Of a DNA stretch of 64,000 nucleotides, positions 53,620 through 64,000 are shown in pieces (position 1 is the stretch's first letter; each line of letters opens with the position of its first letter). The notes beneath the pieces are model-generated. The model was not told where the DNA came from. It ran no database searches and worked only from the letters and a program-made list of their open reading frames with translations. Location of the stretch: the NCBI RefSeq assembly GCF_964355755.1, contig NC_092673.1:26223648-26287647 (forward strand), given 5' to 3'. Made by a program: the position numbers and the translations under genes. The stretch comes from Antedon mediterranea. Lineage: Eukaryota > Animalia > Echinodermata.

Positions 53620-55925
53620 AGCTCTGTCTACACTATATCAAACAAGTTTGACAAAAAAAAAAATGTGACTTGCCCATATATGGACATGCTGTCATCATAT
53701 CACTACCATATTTGAGCATGTCACAACCATGTTTGGCCATATCAATATAATATTAGGTATCCCAATGAAGCGGATTTTCGTTACCGCGATTTTAACACGT
53801 TCGTGAAATTTCAAAAAGTGACGTGTCTTTGAAGTTAAAAATATACTATTTCTTATATACACATGTGAATAAAAATTATATGTCTGGAAAGATCTTGTTT
53901 AAGGGATTATTTTCATATATTTTTAATCTATATTTATTAAATATTTTAATAGAAAACGCGAGTTAAAAATGAGGTACAAAAGCCGGCGAGCCGAAATCCG
54001 CGCGCTAAAAATAACTTTGGAAAACACCTACCCATTTTCAAAACACGATCGCACGAGGTCCATAATAGGTGGTGGAGTAATTTTTGTTGCATGTTATCAG
54101 GCTTTAAATACTCTTTATTTTGATATGTAAATCGGTTATTATTATTATGTACATCCGCCTCAAATGTCAATTTTAACGATAAAAATTGATTTTTTAGTCT
54201 TTCTCATTATCAAAATCTGGCTAATTTAGTATTGAATTGAAGCTAATTTATATTTCTGTTTGATAAACCACATCGTTTTATTTGACTTTGCGTGGACCTC
54301 GTGCGAAGAGGCCAACAAGACCAACCACTGAAAAAAATAATCCCTACCATAAATATCAGTGTTTACCATTTTCCTTACGGGGGGATTCAGTTCTCCGCTT
54401 ATTACTAAATTACCGTCGCCCAGACAATGTGCATGGTATGCATGTATTAGCGCATTAATTAATGATTGGATAACCCCTGCAGTGGACTGTTCCATTTTCT
54501 GAACTAGTCTTCGCCGCACACGAGGCATGTCGAAAAATGTCGCCTCTCATGGAATATTTGCTTCGAAACGTCAATTTTACCAATTTATTAAATTATTTAA
54601 TAAGTGGAATATTTATAAATCTACTATATAAAGCAAGTACGTTAGGAAGAAATGTACCGAAGAAATTTAAGAAGCTTTGATTTTGCTATGCAGCGGCCGT
54701 AAGCCATTCTATGTAGGCGGCCGAAACGCGCTTTGGCCTGTGTTGCCGTTGTATGTCTACGCTGTTTCTAGGCCTAAATTTTATTCCGTATATTTCAATT
54801 CAAAGTGCAACTTTCGGTTAGAATAATCGAAAGGGAAATAAAATTAAACATGTTACAATTATACCATTGAGGTAATTACTTTGTTAAATAAAAAATTTCT
54901 TCCCGATATTTCTTAGTTTAGGCAGAATTTAGCGTCAGGCTTTTATTTAGACCTTCTAGATAGAGGGGCCTATATAACTTAACTTGTAGTAGGCGCGGCT
55001 GAGTCTACGTTCGGCCCGGCGCGCCAAATGGAATCGAACACATAATAAGCACTGGCTTAATTCTTATTTTTGGCGGTTCGAAAATCAATTAAAATAATAT
55101 ATGATTATAAATATAACTTTAAATACTAGAATTATAAAAAAAATGTATACTTACGAAAAATAATATTTAATGAAAAGAAACAATACCCACACAGTTTTTT
55201 AACGCAATATTATTTTTTTTCACATTTTAACATTTTTTAACAATATTTTATGTTGTATTTCAGAATTACCTACCTGTCAATATAAATAACCTTACTAAAA
55301 TACATATTACATTTTATGCAATGCAAAAAAAAAGAAGTTAATTCACACATTGGTTCAAAAGTTATGAATCATTTAAAGACAGGAACTTTTTGGGCATTTT
55401 TGAGACATTGGGAAAATCACGCGTAAAAAGCCCTTGGACAAATTTTGGAGGGCGATATCTAAAAAAAAAAATGTCGAGGACACCCAAAAAAAATATATTC
55501 TTGTACAACTCTGTTGTATCTATGGGTTTGGAAAAAATAAGAACTTTAAAATTATTAGTATAAAAGTTATAACCCTTCAAAAATGGGTTCAAATATTATT
55601 AGAAAAAGTGCCATTTTTCAAGCAAAAATCACTGTTTTTTTTAGCACTTTAACGGACCATAACTTTTGAATGGATAATCCGATTTCAATCATTTAAATTG
55701 CAAAAGTTTATGTTCAGTAAGTTCCTTCTGATTAACTGAAAGAAAAAGTACCATCATTAATTTGAATTTTTACATTGGGATACCTAATAATATTTGGGCA
55801 TATCACTACCATATTTGGGCATATCACTACCATATTTGGGTATATCACTCTCATATTTTGGCATATCACTCCCATATTTGGGCACATCACACTTAATTTG
55901 ATAGTCTGATAGTGTAGACGGAGCT
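53620..55925. mobile_element. PIF/Harbinger-like MITE split by the 2-kb insertion
   Basis: TIRs AGCTCTGTCTACACTAT / ATAGTGTAGACGGAGCT; the internal 21-bp repeat ATATCACTACCATATTTGGGC continues on both sides of the insert. Confidence 0.8.
53754..55786. mobile_element. Non-autonomous hAT-like DNA transposon (2,033 bp) nested in a MITE
   Basis: Perfect 14-bp TIRs TAGGTATCCCAATG / CATTGGGATACCTA, direct repeat ATAATAT at 53747-53753 and 55787-55793, CpG-rich interior, no transposase ORF. Confidence 0.85.
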
Positions 55926-56580
55926 TTATAAGTGTACACCAGATTGCATTATTTTTATCGATGTCTGGTTAATCATAATCATATTTTTTAATGAGTAGTA
56001 TGTTTTATTTCCCAATTTGTGACAATTGACTGTGCAACAATGAATGAAAGGATATTGCAACTCAAAATACAAATAAGTCATTTATTTGTTTAAATACAGA
56101 ATCGACTGGCAATACATACCAGACAATACTGTGAATTTTACTTGTTACAATACAATGAAACTAGAGCACATAGAACCCTGTATATGGCGGCGATCAGTTT
56201 ATTTGATCAGTGCACTACTCAGTGGCTGTTGTAAAATGTGTATACACACCTTGCAACCATTATGAATACTTACAATAACCATACATACTGTATATAATAA
56301 GAGTAAGCTTTTAATAGGTTTGTTGAGCAACTACAAAATAAATTCCATTTTTATTGTTAATATTTGTACCATTGTGTTTTAGTAGGTATTTTATCGATTT
56401 TTCTATTGTGCATAAATTTCATTTTTAAGTTGGTTTTGACAAAATATTCAATGTGCATTATTTATACTAAATATGTTTGTTGCTAGTTACTAGTGTAAAA
56501 TAAATACAAATCGAATGCGCGTCAAAATGATTAGCAAACGCAATGACGAACAACAAAACGCAGATGACTGATTAATCTTA

Positions 56581-56596
56581 GGGGGGGGGGGGGGGG
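56581..56596. repeat. G16 homopolymer
   Basis: Directly visible. Confidence 0.9.
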
Positions 56597-57849
56597 CGGA
56601 GGATATAACAATTTGTTTTAAATGAGAGTGGTATATACTCTCACAATGAAATTTACCAAAATATAGTATCAAATTTAGGCTAAATCAGGGATTCTACTCG
56701 AGCATAGGATTATAAATAGTCATATGATATATTTAATACCAAAGAGCATGGACTATAATCATTACACATCCACACGTGCAAAGTCAAACAGGGAGTGATT
56801 CGTAACAAGCAAAATCTCACTTAATCAGAACATGCGCTAATTAGTCAAGTCTTTGCAAGTACTTTGAACTGCGTAATCAAGTGCCAACGGCTAATATTAC
56901 GCCCTGTTCTTAATTCTTTTTAATCTATGTATTTATCTATGTTTTTTATGCTAAATATATTAACATCAAATACAATACAACTGCCGTTGAGACTTCAATT
57001 AAATGTTAGGATTGTCAATTAAAATCATTTTTTGGAACTAGGGGGTTTATAGGTTGTCGGCATATAAGATGTATCTCATGTTATGTAGAGTGACAACCTT
57101 TTTGTTTAATATTACAGTAAGTTGAGAAACTAGTAATTGATCAACCTAATTACTAGCCTCTTTTATTCATACTGTAGTCTAACCTGTAAAACCATAAAAG
57201 TTGCTTTTTGACTCTTTTCAATTGAAGAATTCCACATTTGAAATTGTTTGAAGAATCTCTAATTAAGAACCTGAATAGAAAGGTGGATCAAGTGACCTCT
57301 AACCTCTCCAATATGGCTACGGATGAGCAAGGAAAGGTAAGCTATTTGTTCATGATTAACAAGTCTCCATACTGACCACATGTTTTTATTTCAACCATAT
57401 GGTTTAAAGAAAAACATAGCTTGAACAATATCATCATTGACAAACTTATTGGAAAGGACAGACAACTGAATTAATACTATAATAGTTAATACACAACAGA
57501 ACATATTGGCTTTTGGAAAGGCTTTTGCATTTCAGTTTTGCTGTACATGGAACTACACCAAAAATTTAATTTCAGTTTTGAATTTAATTAATTGCTGCAA
57601 ATAGAAATTGAAATAAGGTGTCTAATTTTTATTTCACTTTTGTGCCGAATGACCGAATTCTGTACAAAAGAACTTCAGGTTGCTTAAGGACATTGACAAC
57701 TATGAATGAATAAAACATTTGTTTTTTTTTATTTTATGTCTTTTCGCACATGTGACCAAGAATTACCAATAGTAAATTAATCACTGGCTTATCAGATAGA
57801 TGGTAAGCACCCTGATACAGGGGCTATTTTGTGTACCAGTTCATTATCA

Positions 57850-57940
57850 TCTCGAATGCTGGACTGGGTTCTTTAAGTGGACACGGGTAAACTGTGTACA
57901 TTGGACCTACAGTACGGTTTATAGTCTTATCCGAGAAGAC
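57850..57940 (-). mobile_element. SINE fragment resembling the Deu/Nin conserved central domain
   Basis: Minus strand gtcttctcggataagactataaaccg...aggtcc...cacttaaagaaccc...attcga resembles, from recall, the DeuSINE core GTCTTTCGGATGAGACGTTAAACCGAGG...AAAGATCCC. Confidence 0.5.
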
Positions 57941-58576
57941 AGGTTCCATCACCAAATTAGTTAATATGATTGCAAATATGGGATAATTGTGTGTACTTTT
58001 ATTTTAATGTGCAATGGTTACATTTGGTTACGCATGACTGGTTCTTGTTCATTCATTGTTATTGTAATCTCTTTTTAAAATGTTAAGCATAGATTCTCAA
58101 ACAAATAGAATCCATCTTGGATTGTTCACATTTTTTATTATATTTATTAAGAATAATAATGAAGTAGTTCTACACAAATATAAATTATTAAACAACACCT
58201 GCAAATAATGTACATAAAAAAAATGAATATATAACAAAGTATTATGTTACACCCAAATGCATTTAAAATCTGGCATGACCCATATAAAATATAACTGGAT
58301 AAATTGGCAAATATAGAATATATTTAAAGTCGATCAATATTAAGTTGCATGAAAATGCGTTTAAAATGTGGCGTGACCCAGATAACTTGAAGTTGGATTA
58401 ATAGGTGTAATCAACTAGAACTATTTTAAGAGCGAAACAGGACCATCGCAAAATCACCGGAATATTAATTCACACACTGGCATTAAGTTTATAGTCGTTT
58501 ATTTAATGCTATGCGAGTAAAATGATAATACTGAAGTACACTTTTAGAATTGACAAAAATAAATCTAATTCCTATA

Positions 58577-60324
58577 TGTGACCTGCTCTGGCATAGTGAA
58601 ACATAACTCGCTGATCTTTATTCAGTGTATTGACCTATAGAAGTACTATGTACGTTAAAAATCACTATCTTGGTGAAAATAGGGTTTTCCCCTTTTTGGA
58701 ATCTACAACTATTTAAGAATCTAGATCAAGTTTCATTTTGTGTGAATTAAGTTTATAAAAGGGCTAAATAAGTGATTTTAATGAGTTCCTTTTTTGTCTT
58801 GATTTCATTTTGTTGCAAAAAAATGAAATAAAGTGCATGAAACACTGTTAGAAAACTGTGCAGTTTATGAAAATATTTGTATAGCTACCTTTAGAAACAT
58901 GGTAGAGTCTGAAAATTTAAATATTCATAAGCCATATTCAGTGGGTATTTCAAGTGGTTTTCAATATTTTTGGCTTCTTCAGCGGGAATTAGAGGAGGTA
59001 AAAAGCTTCTCTGACGTGATTTTTACACAACAGAAATCCGTTGTCAAGGATACGCCACGTAATGGCTAGCGCGTAGTAGAAATACAGTACTGTAATTGGC
59101 TTATCCTTATAATGACCTTTGACCTGTTTACTTTTTACGCGGAGAAGAGAGTGTAAACAATTCAGATTTAAGATAATCTATGGATCTAGTCTAGGGCCTA
59201 GGTCTAGGCCAAATACAATGACTAAAAAATAAAAACACAATGAGAGTAGCAAAGGACCTGATATTAAATTATTACAGCCAGTGTAGTGACTAGCCTAGGC
59301 CTACTAAGTAGCCTTTTGGACTCCAGGCTGGGTCCTTCTAGGCCTACTTGTCCTAGCCTAGCTAGGCCCTAGGGTAGGCCTAGCAGGTCTAGACTAGACT
59401 AGCTAGGCCTAGGTAGGTTAGCTAGGTAGGTTGCAGGGCAAATAGGCCTAGCTAGGATAGGTAGGCTAGGCCTAAGTGGCACTTTTATTTGCCTACATAT
59501 CACATAGGCCTACCATATTTATTGTTTTTACATAATAAGTATTGTATTAATTCATGTTATTGTAGGCTATGATTATGCCCTTACACCAACATAATTTCAT
59601 GAACATTACACAATTGTAAGTAAATGCTTAAAACAAACTTAATACATTAGTATGTGCTTAAAACATATCCATTATTTAATTGATTAAAGCAATCGCATAA
59701 TGTTATTTAAGTTGTATTTGTTATCTAATCAGCAGGCACTACACAACTAAAATTTAAATTATTTAAGTAACTTTTAAGAACATACTTAAATCCAGTAGTT
59801 CAAGAAATGGTATTTAATGTTATATAACTTAATTTATTGTATACATTCTTAATTCTTAAAGAATAATACAGTTTTTTTAGTGTAAAAACATTAATTTACC
59901 CCCTTTTTTACCATTTTAAGCAAGTGCTTAAAAGAAACACAAGTATGTACTTAACATAAAATGTGGAAATATTTTTTGTATGCATTGTCACAGTAATCAA
60001 TATCCTACCACAAAACATTTCATTGTATCATATTTTGTGATTGTGTGATACTTAGAAAGTATACACTATTAGATTAACAAATATTAATTTGTGTTGTTGT
60101 TTTATAAAATAACATTGACATTCAATCATGATTTTCTCAAAACTGTTATTTGTATATTTCTTTATACATGCTTCGACTTAACGTACAATATCTCGGGATC
60201 CCCTTCATGTTAAATATTAAGTTTGGTATCATTGTAAAGGATATAACATTTCCTACCAGATAGAATACAAATCTGAAAAATTTAAATTTTCGACTTATGT
60301 TTCACTTTGCCAGAGCAGGTCACA
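58577..60324. mobile_element. Unclassified non-autonomous TIR element (1,748 bp) with TGT...ACA termini
   Basis: 34-bp TIRs TGTGACCTGCTCTGGCAWAGTGAAACATAASTCG (2 mismatches), TA on both sides, no long ORF. Confidence 0.85.
59183..59515. repeat. Low-complexity CTAG/AGGCCT-rich tract
   Basis: Dense overlapping CTAG, TAGGCCTA and GCTAGC words; a similar tract lies at 21750-21845. Confidence 0.85.
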
Positions 60325-61244
60325 TATCGGCAAATAACATATGAACTAATAAAGGCTTAAATAAAATAGTGGTAAAATTTGATTTCAAGTTTTATCTACC
60401 ACAATCAAAAATCTTGAAGATTGCATTGATTCCATCAGATTAGCAAAAATACAGGAGTCCTGTTAATTAACAAAACCATGTTTATCGGGCTTATACATAT
60501 GCACACATTAAATTAAAGCAGCAAAGCGATCTAACATCCCGAAACAGAAGCTTTTTAACTGAAAACCTTATATTATAAATAACAATTAGAAAGTTACAAG
60601 ACCTGCTCATTCAAATCAAGTTATAATAAAGTTGTTAAACTTCTTACAGACAAAAGCGCAGAGTACAACTCATAGCTCAACAGTACAGTATTACCATGGA
60701 TCTTGGGCAAATGCTTTTTTTTGTTTGAAGTCTTTAAAAATTTCCCCCAGGCTCTACGAAATGAAAGGAGACCTCTTTTAAAAATAATTGCTTTCACCAT
60801 GCTGAAAAACACAGAAATCAATGAATATACGGTTTTATGCGATATACTGGTACTGTCTTTATTACTGGTAGCCAAGTTAAGACAGCTCTACCACTCAGCA
60901 GTGTAAATTAATATCATTAAAAATTAATGTATAATTTATTAAACTGCGGCTACACTTTCAGCAAGTACTATCTTGCGTTATTGGTATCTATTTCAACCAT
61001 TATTATTATTTATGACGTTCGAATGGATTAGTTACACCTTTCCAATGAACAACCTAAACATTTTCCATGTTCGCATTTCTACAGCCGCCACATCTCGTGA
61101 ATGCAATACAGCCCCGCATTTATTAAAGACCTATTTAATTAAATATCTACCCAGAGATGTCTAATCTTATTTCATCCATTTTTTATTAAATTTTACTGTT
61201 TACACATCCTTTGTAAACAAAGCCCACATGATACAATATGCTTA

Positions 61245-61343
61245 AGCCTTGTCTACACTATCAAACTTTATGTGACAAAAAAATGTGATGTGCCCATGGA
61301 CATGATGATGTCATATCTCTACCATATTTAAGTAGACAAAGCT
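61245..61343. mobile_element. Same MITE family, internally deleted copy
   Basis: AGCCTTGTCTAC / GTAGACAAAGCT termini with TTA on both sides (61242-61244, 61344-61346). Confidence 0.75.
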
Positions 61344-63540
61344 TTACTGTACTGTATGTACCAAATCCATACCAGGTATACTTAATTGGTATTAGGACGT
61401 ACGGTAACACCAGGATTTAAGCGCAATTTAAGTAATTTGAACAATTACGATAAGACTATAATCCACTGTGTTGAATTATTTGCATTGCGCATATGTAATG
61501 CCGTTGCGTCCTAGTGGGAGCCAAATCGCATAGTTAAACTATTGTATTAAGAATCTGTATCTAAGCTCCTTAGATACAAATAAAACCTACACAATCATCG
61601 GGATGAATGATTTCATAGACAAGCCATAGTAAAATCCCAACACTTAGTACCTATTCCGCATAGATTTAAAATCCACATTTAAAATAATTTTCCCATTCTA
61701 GTCAATACTATCTTGTGTACAGTATTATGATGTAGTCAAATGTATTTTTATTTTAGTAACAATAATTCTGACATTTTAAATGCAATGAGCAAATTACACT
61801 AAAGATGATCCCTTTTAAATGCTTATTAAATCTCAATTATATTAAATATGCTAATTATGATTGAAATCATTAAATTCTCGTCAAACTCGACTTGATGTAA
61901 TCAATATAATCTATGACTAATAATGTAAATCAAGTAGATGGTTAGAAGCCAATAATACTGCATATTTAAGTATGAACCATGTCTCAGTAATGTAATATAT
62001 TATATTACAGATCTTTGCACTATTGCGACACCTGGAATTCAAATGTTCCCGAAATTTACTAACGATATTTAAAAAAAAATTTGTGCCTGGGATGCTAAAT
62101 ACAAAATGACATGAAATCAAGAAACCACCTTAAAGTGGGATTATATGGCTACCTAGCTCGGTTGGCACACTAAGATAAACTTCCATTTTAAATGTATTTA
62201 GTTCTCTTTGAAGTTCGTAGATTGAGTTGCAATACACGCATACAAATATGGTAATTTTTTCGAGCTTGAGAGTAGGGAAATTTAAAAGTTCTTGGATTGC
62301 ATACCGGAAACGTTAAATTAGCCTTTAGTGTCATATTATGCACAGATGTTATTCCTGGAAATACATAAGTTCAGTTCAATAATTCATTTTCTAATCAATG
62401 ATTACGGAATCGATAGCTTTATATAGCAAGTCAAAAAATCTTTGATGTCGGTTTAAAAAAAGTTCAAATAACGTATCGGGTTTCTCACTTCAATTGACCA
62501 CGACACGGTACTGGATATGCCACACGACATTTTATCTTTGTTTTATTTTGTAATTTAAAAAATCTAAGTTTTTTTGCAAATTCATACACTTTTATTATTG
62601 CATGGACATCTATAAAAGTTGCGTAAATTATGAATTACATCATTTATCCAAACCATCATCCTGCGTAATCCTCTTGTAAACTCAATTCGATCGATTGTGC
62701 ACCCAATGAGTGTAGTGTATTTTCAAAATTCAAAGGAAAATTATTTATATCATAATTTTTATAAAACCTACCACCATGACACTAGCCTTATACTGTCATA
62801 GTTCAGCTGTGTTCATCTACTGGCCTTCTTTTTTCCTTTCTTCTTTCGTTGTTGCTCTTGTTCGCAGTGTAGAAATTACAAATAGAATGCCGGCAATAAT
62901 TGTCAGCTCCATCGTGTATTAGCCAGGAATATTTCTTAGGCTACAATCTGTGCTACCATAAGACGCATTGTCGCATTAACTATAGGCCAAACATCAGCTT
63001 GCATGGGCATATTAGGTTACTACTAGTCAGTTGCATATTTGCCACAAGACTATCCAACTCTCCATATGTACCACTCAAAACCCCAAACTGAATTTTCTTG
63101 AGATTCTAAATGTCTCAAATTTTTCATTTAAGTGCATTGGCAATACCAAAATTACAGGAGAACCATACATAACAGGCAAGCCCAATAGTGTCCGATATTT
63201 GGAGTGTTGACTATACTACTGTAGGCAGTAAAGTTATGCCACAACTACCCCTACTGTTGTTGACTACTATTGAGGATGTGCATTACTAGCCCTCACCCTA
63301 TGTACACCACTACATTTTGTTTTTTAGTCGAGTCACAGTCTACTACCCCCAAGCCCTTAATGCGGCGAGGCCATAACCTAAAAGCCATACCCTATGGGTA
63401 GTAGACCGCAACAGCACTTGTCATGTTAATTTGGACATTCTCATACACCCATTGTTGTCACGAATCAACTAAAAAACTAAAGATGTTTTCCCTCTCTGTA
63501 AACAAGTACCATGAAGTTATTTCTCCATGCAAGTACTAAC

Positions 63541-63639
63541 CTTATTAAAAATTGACCGACCGTTGAGGGCGTCCATAGCTGATTTTGCTGCAATGTGGTT
63601 TTCAAATTCGACAAAACAGTACGGGTCATTACCAAGATG
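63541..63639 (-). CDS. TIA1/TIAL1: TIA-1/TIAR coding exon (99 nt), second half of RRM1 including RNP1 (PYCFVEF)
   Basis: Acceptor gttgatttcag (CAG 63642-63640), 33 codons [33 protein letters not shown], donor AAG|gttagt at 63540. Phase 0/0. Confidence 0.96.
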
Positions 63640-64000
63640 CTGAAATCAACAAGAATAAGGAAATAGATATAAATTAGTCAATTTATAACTTTCAATGCAT
63701 ATTTCAACAAGGATGGTGAGATTGATGCATGAACGATTTCATTATATAGTATTTATAAAGATTGTATGTATCACATATTTGAGGAAATTACCAAACATGG
63801 GGAACATATGCCTAAACCCATGAATTATTGTTACTCAATGCTAAAAAGAAGACCATATACCATTGGCTTAACAGGTATACATACAATAACAATCCCACCG
63901 TAAAAAACATTTGTGTTCAATGAAAGGAGATATTTTCTAAATTTAGGAACAGAGTATCTCCTGCTCAAGTATAATTCCACCCAAAAACTTTTAAAACTCA

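Larger units (their letters stand above)
18861..63540 (-). other. 44,680-nt GT-AG intron (phase 0)
   Basis: Bounded by gttagt donor and ttttag acceptor; flanking exons join in frame without missing RRM1 residues. Confidence 0.88.
9557..63639 (-). other. TIA1/TIAL1: Partial gene span: TIA-1/TIAR (nucleolysin) family RRM protein, three internal coding exons
   Basis: Spliced translation [78 protein letters not shown] resembles, from recall, vertebrate TIA-1/TIAR ([10 protein letters not shown]...EVKVNWATTPSSQKKDT...HFHVFVGDL). Intron phases 0, 1 and 2 join in frame. Confidence 0.95.

Noticed and set aside
54226-54528. 100-aa ORF as a transposase fragment
   Set aside because: No recognisable BED finger, DDE or hAT dimerisation motifs.
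1826-63091. Remaining 60-106 aa ORFs of the track
   Set aside because: AT-biased composition, many non-ATG starts, no recognisable domains; consistent with random ORFs in intron DNA.

Overview
Eukaryotic (metazoan, probably marine invertebrate; taxon is a guess) genomic DNA, very AT-rich and almost entirely intronic. The window lies inside one minus-strand gene encoding a TIA-1/TIAR (nucleolysin) family triple-RRM RNA-binding protein. Three coding exons with canonical AG/GT boundaries join in frame: 63639-63541 ([33 protein letters not shown]), 18860-18815 (PIKVNWATTPSSKKD) and 9644-9557 (NLFNIFVGDLDQDITTEELRSAFNQHGNVV). They are separated by introns of 44.7 kb and 9.2 kb; I found no further exons, so the gene probably starts and ends outside the window. 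The introns hold tRNA-derived SINE copies, non-autonomous TIR elements (Kolobok-like, hAT-like, PIF/Harbinger-like, Tc1/mariner-like, one unclassified) and tandem repeats. Nearly all ORFs in the supplied track are spurious. The most interesting unannotated signals are: (1) a candidate internal Inr+DPE promoter with a coding first exon that would give an RRM1-less isoform; (2) candidate recursive splice sites dividing the long intron into roughly equal thirds; (3) a SINE whose Pol III B box is amplified 10-fold in tandem. No prokaryotic system, CRISPR array or intact transposase was found.
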